Position numbers and translations under genes: made by a program. Below are positions 25,588-40,430 of a stretch of 64,000 nt of DNA, piece after piece (position 1 is the stretch's first letter; each line of letters opens with the position of its first letter). Where the stretch lies: NCBI GenBank assembly GCA_964035545.1, contig OZ037771.1, positions 14,879,133 to 14,943,132 on the forward strand. Reading direction: 5' to 3'. The notes below the pieces were generated by a model. It saw only the letters and a program-made list of their open reading frames with translations, had not been told where the DNA came from and did no database searches. This DNA is from Bugula neritina. Its lineage: Eukaryota; Animalia; Bryozoa.

Positions 25588-28500
25588 AAGCTTCTTTTAC
25601 ATATGTCATTACATGGATCAGCTTCTGCCAAGTTCATGCGAGAATAAAATTAGCTTTTGATGCATTGTAAAAAGATAACAGTCTCATAAACTATTGTTTG
25701 TTGCTAAAACATAATATTGGGTCAAAAGCTTGTATTTGGAGTTAGGGGTCAAATAATTTTCTTATCGCATTGGTCACTCACAACTGTAAAATTAAACAAA
25801 CTCACAAAACTAAGCCTATAATTTCAATGGTTTACTATCTCATGGTTGTAAGTGTAATAATTGAAAACACCTCGCAATCAACATAATCTTTCTTGAATAA
25901 GATATGCAGCCAGAAGCACATACACAATTCAAACACAATGCATGCAGACATGCACTTTTAGCATGGAATGTACAGTATTGATTTGACTATATAGTCTCCA
26001 ATAACTTAATTGTGAGAGTAGCTCAATGTTATTGACATATGTAGAAATAGTATAATATTTATTTTGTTTGCTAACTTCAAACACATAACAGTCAGTTATA
26101 TGGCTTTAAAAAAGCTATAAAAATGCACAAAAATATTTAGTATATTATGACACAAATATAGCGACTACTAAATTAAAGCAGTTGGCGCATACTTTTTAAA
26201 TATAGACTTGCTTAAATATAACTAAAAAGCATCTCAGCATTTTAATTGTAATACAAGATAATAGACTTTAGATCAATAGAGCTAAATAGTATATGGCAAC
26301 AAGTAGCTTATAATAAAGAGAAGTAATAAAATATTTGAATCAATATCTTTTTTTGCACTTTTTCAGTCAACAGCCCTCAGCAACAAGATATATAAATTTC
26401 ATTTGCTGGTATTTTATTTAGCAGTTATAAAATATTGCTAGGAGCTTCTACCTTCCTTGGATGTCTATTGCCAAATTTTCTCATGTTTTGTTATTAAAAA
26501 GCCATAAAATTGTTGCCTGGCAACTTCTGACAATTTTTTAGTTCATATATTAGATTATTTCTCTAATTGTATTAAAAAAATCAGCTCATCTCACACTGTT
26601 GCTTTCAACAAGCATGACTTTTTGGTTCTTCTATAATCATCATGGCCTCATCATTGATGTCAAAGTTTTATGTTTATATTGCTGCTATGTAACTGGAGGT
26701 CATTTTATTTTTTATATTGGTTAGTTCATGAATATCTTCAATGATATTGGGGATACAAGATTTTTCCCTCTATTCCAGCTCATTTGAAATGATTACACCA
26801 ATATGCACTATTTACAGTGCATGGTAGCTCTACTGCTGTAGTTATAGACTGAATCAAATTTTTTTATATATCAATGCTGAATCAAAATAATCCTGTCTTT
26901 TTGTCTTCAGGCCGTTGAGTTTATTTTTAACTTCTTCAAGTTTTTTCTTTTGAAAACTTGATTTGTACTTACTGTTGATTGCTGGAGACAGAGAACTTTT
27001 TCTTGGTTAGACCTCTAAGCTACTGAAACCTGACTGCAGTGTTTTAAAATCCTGCATCTGGTGCATGATATGCTTTCATAAAAGTTAGCAACATTGCTTT
27101 GGTAACTTCTGTATTTATTGAGGGCTTATGATATGTACAGCAAATACAAGATTTGATTCTTGAAAGATATTATTTGCTGTTTAAAAGAAAACCTGAAGGT
27201 TTCATTTAATAATGCTAGAGCCTACTTATGGATTTTGGTATTGCTCTTGTCAAATTTTTGAATAAACTTGTATGGGCTGTCTTGAGACATATTCTTTTTC
27301 TTATAGAATGGTCTTGCATCAATTTGATTTTGTTTCCAGTTGCACATTCTGGTTTGTTGACCTCGACTGATTGTATGGCTATGTCTGGTATGGTTATTGG
27401 TTGCAGGTTTTATGACATCTAAATTGCAGCTAGTCAAAGATTAACTTAATATTTTCTATGCTTTGGATTATTCATGCAGTCAATATAAACATGATCATAT
27501 GAATATCTTTTTTGATTTGAGGACCGTTTCTTATGTAGCCATCTTATACCCTTTTAAAAAATTTTTTAAACTGTTATGGGTAAGGTAAATAATATGGCTG
27601 GGAGTCTTGAATGTGAATTACAAAGTCAAATAGAATTTATAATCTTTCACAGCTTAGCTGAATATGAAATAAATCTATTATAGTCAAGACAATAATCATC
27701 TTAAATATTATTTTGTTGCTATTTATCTACCACTTCTATACAACAGATGTACCAGTTGGGTATGAGTGTTTGCGGCTTAAGTTAGCTAGTAGAAGGCTTT
27801 GATTTCTGATTAAAATAATGTGCTTATGTTTACTGTGAATGACAGGAGCTCAGCTTAAAAATAATTAATAATAGGCAGTCAACAGGTGCTGGGCAATTAT
27901 AGCCCAGATAAACCAGAATAGTGTCAATGCAGCAACAAGTTTGAAACCAGTAACAAGTACAGCTAACCAAATTAGAATAATATATCAGAATGCAGTAGTA
28001 CCAAATGGCTGTTCACAGAATGGTAGCACTAAAACAGAGATTTTGTGAGGCCACTGCATTTGTATTAGTTTTAGAACAAGGCACTCTTTTTACTAAGACT
28101 CTTTTTTTATTTCTAACACAGCTATTTTCACATATACCATAACATAGATCAGCTTCTGCACAAGTTCGCACTAGAATAGAATTAGTTTTTGATACATTGT
28201 GATAAGATAAAGGTCGTATAAACTATTGCTTGTTGCTAAAACACACTATTCGGTCAAAAGCTTGCATTTGGAATTACGAGTCAAAATAATTTTCTTATCG
28301 CATTTGTTACTCACAACTGTAAAATCAAACAAATTCACAATACTAAACGTACAATTTTAATGCTTCAATTACTATCTCATGATTGTAAGTGTAATAAATT
28401 AAAACAACTCGCAATCAACATAATCTTTCTTGAATAAAGTATGCAACCAGAAGCACATACACAATTCAAACACAATGCATGCAGACATGCACTTTTAGCA

Positions 28501-31500
28501 TGGAATGTACAGTATTGATTTGACTATATAGTCTCCAGTAAGTTAATTGTGAGAGTAGCTCAATATTATCAAAATATGTACGTACATTATAATATTTATT
28601 TTATTTGCTAACTTCAAACACATATCAGTCAGTTATATGGCTATAAAAAGGCTATAAGTCAATTTTTTATTTAATGCGTATAGTCTGACACAAATATAGC
28701 AGCTACAAAATCAAAGTAGTTGCAAACTTTTTAAATATAGACTTGCTTAAATATAACTAAAAAATATCATAACATCCTAATTGTAATACAAAAAAATACG
28801 CTTTAGATCAGTAGAATTACATAGTATATGGCAACAAGTAACTCATAATAAAGAGTAGTAAAAAAATATTTGAATCAATATCTTTTTCTCTGATGTTTTC
28901 AGTCGTACGCTCTCAATAGCCACATAGATGAAATTAATTTGTTTGTATTTAAATTTACCAGTTTTTTAAATAATGCTAAGATCGAGCTACTACTTTGCCC
29001 ATTGCCAACTTTTCCCATGGTCTGACCAATTGTTTTTAGTTCATATATTAGATTATTTTTCTTGAATTAAAAAACTCAGCAACATCCCACACTGATGTTT
29101 TTAACAAACAAGACCTTTTTTCTTCTATTTATTGTGGTCTCATCAATGATGTCAAAGTTTTATGTTTCTATTTCTGCTATAAATTGCAGCAAATCATTTA
29201 ATTTTCCTAATGGTTAGTTTATGGATGTCTCGAATGACATTCTTTGCGCATCATGATACCATTATATGAACTATTAAAAATGGTAACACTACTTTTGTAG
29301 TTGAACTGAATCAATTTTTTTATATAGATGCTGAATCAAAATAGTTCTGTTTTTTTGTCTTCAGGCCGTTGAGTTTATTTTTAATTTTTTCAAGTTTTTT
29401 CTTTTGAAAACTTGATTTGTACTCACTGTTGATTGCTGGAGACAGAGAACTTTTTCTTGGTTAGACCTCTAAGCTATTGAACCCTGACTGCTGTGCTTTA
29501 AAATCCTGCATCTGGTGCATGATATGCTTTCATAAAAGTTAGCAACATTGCTTTGGTAACTTCTGTATTTATTGAGGACTTATGATATGTACAGCAAATA
29601 CAAGATTTGATTCTTAAAATATAGTATTTACTGTTTAAAAGAAAATCTGAAGGTTTCGTTTAATAATGCTAGAGCCTACTTATGGATTTTGGTATTGCTC
29701 TTGTCAAATTTTTGAATAAACCTGTATGGGCTGTCTTTAGACGTATTCATTTTCTTATAGAATGGTCCTGCATCAACTTGATTTTTTTCCAGTTGCACAT
29801 TTTGGTTTGTTGGTAGTTGAGCATTGAATTTTATAATTATGCTTGAGCCCTTTCCTTTCCTTAGTCTTTCTAGCACACTTTTTTTGCTCAAAAAGAGCAA
29901 TAAAAATATATATTTTAAGTTTTAGTGAAACATGTTATGCTTAGTTCTCATTAGATCACTTTGCTTGTGTGAAAAAATTCAGATCATTTGTTTTTTGACA
30001 AGCACAACCTCTTGGGTTTTGTGACCGGCTCTATTATTTGTGGTTTTATCTTGCTTTTCATGCAAAGCCAGTACTTGCCGTTTCTAAAAAATTCACTGTT
30101 ATGTTTACATCACAAGTTCAATGAAGAGATACACGTTGATTTAAAAACTTCTAATGACCTCGACTGATTGTATGGCTATGTCTGGTATGGTCATTGATTG
30201 CAAATTTTATGACATCTAAATTGCAGCTAGTCAAAGATCAACTTAAGATTTTCTATGCTTTGGATTATTCATGCAGTTAATATAAACATGATCATATGAA
30301 TATTTTTTTGATTTGAGGACCGTTTCTTATGTAGCCGTTTTATACCCTTTTAAAAGACTTTTTAAACCGTTATGGGTAAGGTAAATAATATGGCTGGGAG
30401 TCTTGAATGTGAATTACAAAGTCAAATAGAATTCATAATCTTTCACACCGTAACTGAATATCAAATAAATCTGTATTAGTCAAGATATTAATCACATTAA
30501 ATATCATTTTATTACCATTCATCTACCACTTGAATACAACAGATGTACCAGTTGGGTGGATTAGTGTATAAGGCTTAAGCTAGCTATTAGAATGCTTTGA
30601 TTTCTGATTAAAATGATGTGCTTATGTTTACTGTGAATGACAGGAGCTCAGCTTAAAAATAATTAATAATAGTCAATCAACAGGTGCTGGGCAATTATAG
30701 CCCAGATAAACCAAAATAGTGTCAATGCAGCAACAAGTTTGAAACCAGTAACAAGTACAGCTAACCAAATTAAAATATAATATATCAGAATGCAGTAGTA
30801 CCAAGATGTTGTTCACAAAATTGTAGCACCAAAATAGAGTTTTTGTGATGCCACTGCATTTGTATTAGTTTTAGAACAAGGCACTCTTTTTACTAAAACT
30901 CTTTTTTTGTTTCTAACACAGCTACTTTCACAAATGATATAACATAGATCACCTTCTGCACAAGTTCGCATTAGAATAGAATTAGTTTTTGATACATTGT
31001 GATAAGATAAAGGTCGTATAAACTATTGCTTGTTGCTAAAACACACTATTCGGTCAAAAGCTTGCATTTGGAATTACGAGTCAAAATAATTTTCTTATCG
31101 CATTTGTTACTCACAACTGTAAAATCAAACAAATTCACAATACTAAATCTAGAATTTTAATACTTTACCATCTTTTGGTTATAGGTGTAATAAATGAAAA
31201 CAACTCGCAATCAACATAATCTTTCTTGAATAAAGTATGCAACCAGAAGCACATACACAATTCAAACACAATGCATGCAGACATGCACTTTTAGCATGGA
31301 ATGTACAGTATTGATTTGACTATATAGTCTCCAGTAACTTAATTGTGAGAGTAGCTCAATATTATCAAAATATGTACGAACATTATAATATTTATTTTAT
31401 TTGCTAACTTCAAACACATATCAGTCAGTTATATGGCTATAAAAAGGCTATAAGTCAATTTTTTATTTAATGCGTATAGTCTGACACAAATATAGCAGCT

Positions 31501-33782
31501 ACAAAATCAAAGCAGTTGCAAACTTTTTAAATATAGACTTGCTTAAATATAACTAAAAAATACCATAACATCCTAATTGTAATACAAAAAAATACGCTTT
31601 AGATCAGTAGAATTATATAGTATATGGCAAAAAGTAACTCATAATAAAGAGTAGTAAAAAAATATTTGAATCAATATCTTTTTCTCTGATGTTTTCAGTC
31701 GTACGCTCTCAATAGCCACATAGATGAAATTAATTTGTTTGTATTTAAATCTACCAGTTTTTTAAATAATGCTAAGATCGAGCTACTACTTTGCCCATTG
31801 CCAACTCTTCCCATGGTCTGACCAATTGTTTTTAGTTCATATATTAGATTATTTTTCTTGAATTAAAAAACTCAGCAACATCCCACACTGATATTTTTAA
31901 CAAACAAGACCTTTTTTCTTCTATTTATTGTGGTCTCATCAATGATGTCAAAGTTTTATGTTTCTATTTCTGCTATAAATTGCAGCAAATCATTTAATTT
32001 TCCTAATGGTTAGTTTATGGATGTCCCGAATGACATTCTTTGCGCATCATGATACCATTATATGAACTATTAAAAATGGTAACACTACTTTTGTAGTTGA
32101 ACTGAATCAATTTTTTTATATAGATGCTGAATCAAAATAATTCTGTTTTTTTGTCTTCAGGCCGTTGAGTTTATTTTTAATTTTTTCAAGTTTTTTCTTT
32201 TGAAAACTTGATTTGTACTCACTGTTGATTGCTGGAGACAGAGAACTTTTTCTTGGTTAGACCTCTAAGCTATTGAAACCTGACTGCTGTGCTTTAAAAT
32301 GTTGCATCTGGTGCATGATATGCTATCATAGAAGTTGGCAACATTGCTTTGGTAACTTCTGTATTTATTGAGGGCTTATGATATGTACAGCAAATACAAA
32401 ATTTGATTTTTAAAATATAGTATTTACTGTTTAAAAGAAAATCTGAAGGTTTCATTTAATAATGCTAGAGCCTACTTATGGATTTTGGTATTGCTCTTGT
32501 CAAATTTTTGAATAAACTTGTATGGGCTGTCTTCAGACGTTTTCATTTTCTTATAGAATGGTCCTGCATCAACTTGATTTTTTTTCCAGTTGCACATTCT
32601 GGTTTGTTGGTAGTTGAGCATTGAATTTTATAATTATGCTTGAGCCCTTTCCTTTCCTTAGTCTTTCTAGCACACTTTTTTTGCTCAAAAAGAGCAATAA
32701 AATTATATATTTTATGTTTTAGTAAAACATGTTATGCTTAGTTCTTATTAGATTACTTTGCTTGTGTGAAAAAATTCAGATCATTTGTTTTTTGACATGC
32801 ACAACCTCTTGGGTTTTGTGACCGGCTCCATTAATTGTGGTTTTATTTTGCTTTTCAAAACCAGTACTTGCCGTTTCTAAAAAATTCACTGTTATGTTTA
32901 TATCACAAGTTCAATGAAGAGATACACGTTGATTTAAAAGCTTCTAATGACCTCGACTGATTGTATGGCTATGTCTGGTATGGTTATTGATTGCAAACTT
33001 TATGACATCTAAATTGCAGCTAGTCAAAGATCAACTTAAGATTTTCTATGCTTTGGATTATTCATGCAGTTAATATAAACATGATCATATGGATATTTTT
33101 TTGATTTGAGGACCGTTTCTTATGTAGCCGTTTTATACCCTTTTAAAAGACTTTTTAAACCGTTATGGGTAAGGTAAATAATATGGCTGGGAGTCTTGAA
33201 TGTGAATTACAAGGTCAAAAAGAATTCATAATCTTTCACACCGTAACTGAATATCAAATAAATCTGTATTAGTCAAGATATTAATCACATTAAATATCAT
33301 TTTATTACCATTCATCTACCACTTGAATACAACAGATGTACCAGTTGGGTGAATTAGTGTATAAGGCTTAAGCTAGCTATTAGAATGATTTGATTTCTGA
33401 TTAAAATAATGTGCTTATGTTTACTGTGAATGACAACTGTAAAATTAAAAAAATTCACAAAGCTAAACCTAGGATTTTAATGCTTTAATTACTATCTCAT
33501 GATTGTAAGTGTAATAAATTAAAACAACTCGCAATCAACATAATCTTTCTTGAGTAAAGTATGCAACCAGAAGCACATACACAATTCAAACACAATGCAT
33601 GCAGGCATGCACTTTTAGCATGGAATGTACAGTATTGATTTGACTATATAGTCTCCAGTAAGTTAATTGTGAGAGTAGCTCAATATTATCAAAATATGTA
33701 CGTACATTATAATATTTATTTTATTTGCTAACTTCAAACACATATCAGTCAGTTATATATGGCTTTAAAAAAGCTATAAAAT

Positions 33783-33878
33783 GACCAGATCATCGGCAAA
33801 TAGCATTGCCCATGGGCTGTCCTCGTTTATGTCTTCTGCTAGGACATCCATAATTATGATAAATAGCAGCGGGCTTAG
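33783..33878 (-). mobile_element. ~95-bp fragment of the first RTE at a rearrangement junction
   Basis: Near-identical to 23932-24027 and 37339-37434. Confidence 0.85.
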
Positions 33879-34760
33879 TGTTGATTTGACTATAGTTTTT
33901 ATTCACCTAATCAAAAAGGTAGCTCAAGATCATCAAAGCTTTTAGACGTATTATAATATTCATTTCATGCATCTGCTTTATTTTAAACACGGATCAGTCT
34001 GTTGATGCTATACAATTAAAGCAATTAAATATTTAGTAAATTTTAAATTCATCATTGATAAAAATAGTAGTTTTTTGCAAAATTTAACAATTTGCAAATT
34101 TTTCTAAATATGAAGTTGCTTAAAATTTCTACAAAAATATGTAGCCCATGATGGGGTTTATACTAGTATATAGATTCATATATTACATGGCAAAACATAG
34201 ACGATAATAAAGAACAATGATGAAATTTTTGATCCATTTTTTTCTCTGACTTTTTCAGTCAAGAGTCCTCCGCAGCCACATATATGAATTTCATTTGTTG
34301 GTATTTACTTTTTTTAAATAATGCAAAAAGCTTCTACTTTGCCCATTGCCAACTCTTTTTATGGTTTGTGCATAAAGCGGCAAAACTTGCTGCTTGTCAA
34401 GTTCTGGTCCAACCACCATTTTTAGTTTATATATTAAATTAAATTTCTTAATTTTATTTTGTTGTAAAAATTTGGTTTGTATTTCCTGTTGCTCTTTGGA
34501 GGCAAAACACTCGTTTCTCAGTTGAGCCTCCAAGCTACTGATACCTGACTGCATGCGGTGTTTTAAAGTGCCGTATCTGGTATGCTATCATAAAAGTCAA
34601 TAACTTTAATCTGGTAACTTTTGCATTTTTTCAGCCAGGTTTGTAGCGTGAAAAAAATTTATGCTCGGAAAAGATGGTTTGTTGCTTAAAAAGATGAAAA
34701 AGTTTCATTTAGCATGCCCTATCCACATATTGCAATTTAAATTGATTTTGTTTATATGTT

Positions 34761-35655
34761 GGTCACCTTTGGTCACCTTTCACCGCCGTGGTCCTGCGCC
34801 GGTGGCGGGTTTTTGCTTGATACCAAGTTCTACCAGGCATCTCCATCGAACTCGATCTTCAGCATCTGCGCCATCTAGATCGAGCCATCTAAGGTCTGAG
34901 TTCATTGTATCACATCATCTTTGCTTTGGTCTACCCCTAGGTCGAACTCCCTCAACTGTCATCTCTGACACTCTCCGGATGTCTTCCTCGCTTTCTCTTC
35001 TTCTAACATGTCCATACCACCGCATTCGTCTTTTCCTCATCGGTCTTTAATTGGCATCACTCTCGCTTCTGCTGTTATTTTCTCATTTGGCTTATGATCC
35101 TCTAAACTGACATTCAAACTGTATCGCAGCATGCGCATCTCACATGTTGACATCTTGTCTGCCAGAGACTTTGTGATGGGCCAAGTCTCATTTCCGTATA
35201 GTAGGGTTGGTCTGATAGCTATTTTGTAAATCAGCACTTTGAGTTTTGTGGGCATTTTCTTGTCACAGAGCACACCAGACAGCTCTCTCCACTTATTCCA
35301 AGCCTTGGATATTCTCAGCTCAACCTCCCTCCGGCAGCCTCCCTCTTGTTGGATTGTTGTGCCCAAGTACTTGAATTTGGAACACTTGGGCGAGCTTTCT
35401 ATAACCTGACTACCATACTTCTTCATCCCGATGTTTTCTTGGTTTCCAACTGCTGGCAGATGCTCGGTTTTTTTCGACTTATCTTCAATCCTGCTGCCTC
35501 TATTTTCTCTCTCCAGATCTCTAACCTTCTTTCTAATCTCTCTCTATTACTGTCGCACAGGACCATATCATCGGCAAATAGCATTGCCCATGGGCTGTCC
35601 TTGTTTAGGTCTTCTGCTAGGACACCATAATTATGATAAATAGCAGCGGGCTTAG
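34761..35655 (-). mobile_element. RTE copy (3' 0.9 kb) duplicated together with its flank
   Basis: Near-identical to 23130-24027 and has the same left flank. Frameshifted (ORFs 35037-35426, 35423-35683). Confidence 0.92.
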
Positions 35656-36538
35656 TGTTGATTTGACTATAGTTTTTATTCACCTAATCAAAAAGGTAGC
35701 TCAAGATCATCAAAGCTTTTAGACGTATTACAATATTCATTTCATGCATCTGCTTTATTTTAAACACGAATTAGTCTGTTGATGCTATACAATTAAAGCA
35801 ATTAAATATTTAGTAAATTTTAAATTCATCATTGATAAAAATAGTAGTTTTTTGCAAAATTTAACAATTTGCAAATTTTTCTAAATATAAATTTGCTTAA
35901 AATTTCTACAAAAATATGTAGCCCATGATGTGGTTTATACTAGTATATAGATTCATATATTACATGGTAAGACATAGACGATAATAAAGAACAATGATGA
36001 AATTTTTGATTCAATTTTTTTCTCTGACTTTTTCAGTCAAGAGCCCTCCGCAGCCACATATATGAATTTCATTTGTTGGTATTTACTTTTTTTAAATAAT
36101 GCAAAAAGCTTCTACTTTGCCCATTGCCAACTCTTTTTATGGTTTGTGCATAAAGCGGCAAAACTTGCTGCCTGTCAATTTCTGGTCCAACCACCATTTT
36201 AAGTTTATATATTAAATTAAATTTCTTAATTTTATTTTGTTGTAAAAATTTGGTTTGTATTTCCTGTTGCTCTCTGGGGGCAAAACACTCGTTTCTCAGT
36301 TGAGCCTCCAAGCTACTGATACCTGACTGCATGCGGTGTTTTAAAGTGCCGTATCTGGTATGCTATCATAAAAGTCAAAAACTTTAATCCGGTAACTTTT
36401 GCATTTTTTCAGCCAGGTTTGTAGCGTGAAAAAAATTTATGCTCGGAAAAGATGGTTTGTTGCTTAAAAAGATGAAAAAGTTTCATTTAGCATGCCCTAT
36501 CCACATATTGCAATTTAAATTGATTTTGTTTATATGTT

Positions 36539-38065
36539 GGTCACCTTTGGTCACCTTTCACCGCCGTGGTCCTGCGCCGGTGGCGGGTTTTTGCTTGATA
36601 CCAAGTTCTACCAGGCATCTCCATCGAACTCGATCTTCAGCATCTGCGCCATCTAGATCGAGCCATCTAAGGTCTGAGTTCATTGTATCACATCATCTTT
36701 GCTTTGGTCTACCCCTAGGTCGAACTCCCTCAACTGTCATCTCTGACACTCTCCGGATGTCTTCCTCGCTTTCTCTTCTTCTAACATGTCCATACCACTG
36801 CATTCGTCTTTTCCTCATCGGTCTTTAATTGGCATCAATCTCGCTTCTGCTGTTATTTCCTCATTTGGCTTATGATCCTCTAAACTGACATTCAAACTGT
36901 ATCGCAGCATGCGCATCTCACATGATGACATCATGTCTGCCAGAGATTTTGTGATGGGCCAAGTCTCATTTCCGTATAGTAGGGTTGGTCTGATAGCTAT
37001 TTTGTAAATCAGCACTTTGAGTTTTGTGGGCATTTTCTTGTCACAGAGCACACCAGACAGCTCTCTCCACTTATTCCAAGCCTTGGATATTCTCAGCTCA
37101 ACCTCCCTCCGGCAGCCTCCCTCTTGTTGGATTGTTGTGCCCAAGTACTTGAATTTGGAACACTTGGGCGGGCTTTCTATAACCTGACTACCATACTTCT
37201 TCATCCCGATGTTTTCTTAGTTTCCAACTGCTGGCAGATGCTCGGTTTTTTTCGACTTATCTTCAATCCTGCTGCCTCTATTTTCTCTCTCCAGATCTCT
37301 AACCTTCTTTCTAATCTCTCTCTATTACTGTCGCACAGGACCAGATCATCGGCAAATAGCATTGCCCATGAGCTGTCCTCGTTTATGTATTCTGCTAGGA
37401 CATCCATAATTATGATAAATAGCAGCGGGCTTAGCGCCGATCCCTGATGTAATCCGACTTCGATTTGGATTTTGCTTGTCAACCCAGAGTCTGTCCTAAC
37501 ACTAGTGCTGCAATCTTCGTACATGTCCTTTATGATGTTGATGTACTGCTCTGGGACCATTCGTTTCCGTAGGCAGTGCCATATTAACTCACGTGGTATA
37601 GTGTCGTAGGCTTTTTCATGGTCCACGAACACCATATGGAGCTCTTTGTTGTGCTCTCTGTGCTTTTCTTGCAGTATTCGGAGGCAGAACATGGGTTCTG
37701 TGGTTGATTTCCCTTTCTGAAATCCATACTGATTTTGCTTGATTGTAACTAATTCTCTGATTTTCTGTTCAATGATCCTCTCTAATAGTTTGAGGCAGTG
37801 GCTTAGCAGTTTTATCCCCCTGTAGTTTCCACAGTCTAGTGGGTCTCCTTTCTGTTTATATATTGGTGTTATCGTGCTCTTTCTCTCCAGTCTGGTGGTA
37901 TCCTTTCGGAGATGATATTGTTCAAACACGCTGTCATCCATGTAGTTCCTCTCTCTTTCAGCAACTTAATGATGTCAATTGGTAGCTGGTCTGGCCCTGT
38001 GGCTTTGTTAGCTTTCATATTTCCTATCTGGGTGTTGACTTCATCTTCATGGATTTCCGGTATTG
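36539..38065 (-). mobile_element. RTE LINE, 5'-truncated original-type insertion (1.5 kb) with a 9-bp TSD
   Basis: TTATATGTT flanks both ends (36530-36538, 38066-38074). RT ORF pieces are 37201-37941 (FADD intact) and 36815-37204. It extends ~45 nt further 5' than copy 1. Confidence 0.92.
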
Positions 38066-38530
38066 TTATATGTTATATGTTAATTATATATATATATTGT
38101 TATATGTTAAATAAACATTATGCAGTTTTTTGTAATAGATTTTCAAGTCTATTCATCCTGTGCCAACAAATTGTAGCCTTTTTCTAACTGGCATTCAGAT
38201 GTGAGGGTATTTTATTTACCTGCTTTTAAGTTGCTTCTTTTGTCCTTCTTGAATATCTAACTGGATTTTTTATCATTTTCCACCAACACAGGCAACAAAA
38301 AATGCTGCCTTTTGTATATAGTTATTACACTGGGTTAATTCAAGAATATATGATTATATTACAACAACAAGGTTAGCGCATATTTTGAAAAAATCATGCA
38401 TATATACTGCTTTCAGATGTTTGTATTTCAGTGACTTGGATATTGATGAAAATCATTGGTGAAGGCGGAATTCTCAAAGCTTCTATGGTCACATTAGTGT
38501 TGTCTTGAATATAAAAGAAATGGCACAACG

Positions 38531-40430
38531 ATAGGAAAGCTGGCAGAAGTATCATTTGTGTGTAAGTGCAATAAAGTATATATATATATAGCTTGAAAAT
38601 AAAGTAAATTTACTGTCAATATAACAAATACAAGAACACTAAATTTTCTGAGATGCTTTGAAGACAGAACTCGAATTACTGAGTTTTATGTGTTGCAAGA
38701 AAACCAGCGACAATTTGTAAGTAATAAACTTTTACACTAATTTTTGACTATGGTAAATTTTGACTGTATAAGTTAAAAAAAGTTTAATTCTGTTTTTTAA
38801 AGCTTTTTGATAGAAAACTATGGTTGTTGCTTAAATAGTTTTATACTAAAAGAAGGTACATATAGCTAAAACTAAAAAAGGTTTAAATTATATGTTCTTT
38901 AATATTACTTCTATTGATAATTGTTGCTGTTTCTTTGCTCTATTACCATATAGAAAAAAAGTCATCACTCACTTTTTTAGCTAAATAAATCATCTATAAG
39001 TAGCATGTCAAAGGACTATAAAGAATAAATTAAACCAATGCCTAATTATTGCTATAAGGTGCGTATTTTTAACATTTTATTTTAATTTGTAGGTGCGCTT
39101 CTAGTTGTAGATCTTATACAAGAAGGTTTGGCTGATTGTAAAATATCTTCATTTGTTATACTTGTAGCTATAATACGGTAGAGCATTGAAACTCTTAAAG
39201 TTTATTCTTACTTTTAGATTAGTACAACGGTTTAAATCGAGTATGATTTTTCATGATGGTTTTGTGAGTTGTTATATAAACAATGCGGTTTTTTTCAACT
39301 CAGTATGCTGCAGGAAAACAACAGTATTCTGCTATAAGCTAATGACTTTATTTAAATGCATAAACATACTTTTGTTTTAGTACAAAATTGTGTGCACGCT
39401 GTTCCATGTTATGACATAAAAGAAGAAGGCTGCATTGAATGGAAGAAAGATGTTTGCACGAAAGAAAGTTTTGTCTTAATACTTCTACTGATGCAGTGAA
39501 AGCTTAAGTGCTCAAGAATGTGAGTAATATATAGCAGATAAATGTTTTGTTTTAAGACTATGCTCTTTATTTCCTGTTATTCTTTAAGCTAGCATTAGTA
39601 GTTTCTACACAAATTACTGGTCTAAGTTGGGAAAACATTTTGAGCCTATACCAACTATATTTGGGATAAAAGCTTTTGCTTTCCAAGCAGCATTTTATAT
39701 GACACAATTTGAAAATATAAATTCAAACATAGCTGCACCAGTTACTGCTGTACTCACAACAAGTGGAGCTGACAGTATGGTATGTTTTCACTGTTTCACT
39801 GACCTTGCATCAAGTGCAAAATGTTCGCCTACATGTGGCACTGGTACTGGTAAAAATGGTCCTGGCAGACTGGAGTGTGAATCCAGATTTTTTTCTTTCT
39901 AGTTAGGCATCAACTCACTGCATTAAAAATAAAGAGGACTAGCTATTATTAATGTTTTTACTTTGAAACTAAGATATTTCCCCAAAATTTAATATTATTG
40001 TAGGCATGTCCAACACCAGCACAGGCAGCAAACAAGTGCACGTGGGGAACATATAGCTCATGTATGGCAGGCGCTTGAGTCAATGTCAACAAAATTGCCA
40101 TTGGAGTTTAAGGCTAAACAAATGTGTGTGCAACTGAGTGTTCGGCATAAGCCTCATTCTACCTGTCCTGGATCTGTCACAAGAAGTTCAACCTGCTAAA
40201 CGGTAAAATTACCACTTTGATGATTTCTGGTAAATTATTGAATTCAGCTTGATTTGTACAAAATATTAATATGATTAAAGCTATAGAACAATTTTCATAG
40301 TTGAAATTCTTCACATTATAATTTGTTGCAGATTTGCCAAATCTATAGAAGTACGGTAGAGGTAGAGGTAGAAGTAAATGGAAATGTGTTAAAGGTAGAA
40401 AAAGACACAACTATAACAGAATAGGAGCAG
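38531..40430 (+). pseudogene. Pseudogene paralog A of the secreted TSR/basic-tail gene family
   Basis: Exon homologues are 38531-38561 (ATG replaced by ATA), 39093-39137, 39381-~39519 (6-Cys module, frameshifted), 39733-~39901 (CSPTCGTGTG), 40004-~40202 (TSR with several stops) and 40332-~40430 (basic tail, frameshifted). No exon 4 homologue was found. Confidence 0.85.

Larger units (their letters stand above)
15400..38065 (-). repeat. Complex tandem array of a ~2.8-kb unit, probably a decayed and internally deleted L2/CR1-type LINE, with embedded RTE copies
   Basis: Markers recur with a ~2.8-kb period: TTATAGCCCAGATAAACC at 18841, 21644, 27897 and 30695; AATAATATGGCTGGGAGTCTTG at ~27588, 30385 and 33177. 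A 1778-bp sub-duplication spans 33878-37433. Minus-strand remnants resemble an APE endonuclease start (DLLQFIAEIET*NFDIIDET, VYRS) and an RT C-terminus (LILF..LVQ..LCYGI, KRSISY). The repeat is certain; the LINE origin is inferred. Confidence 0.8.
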
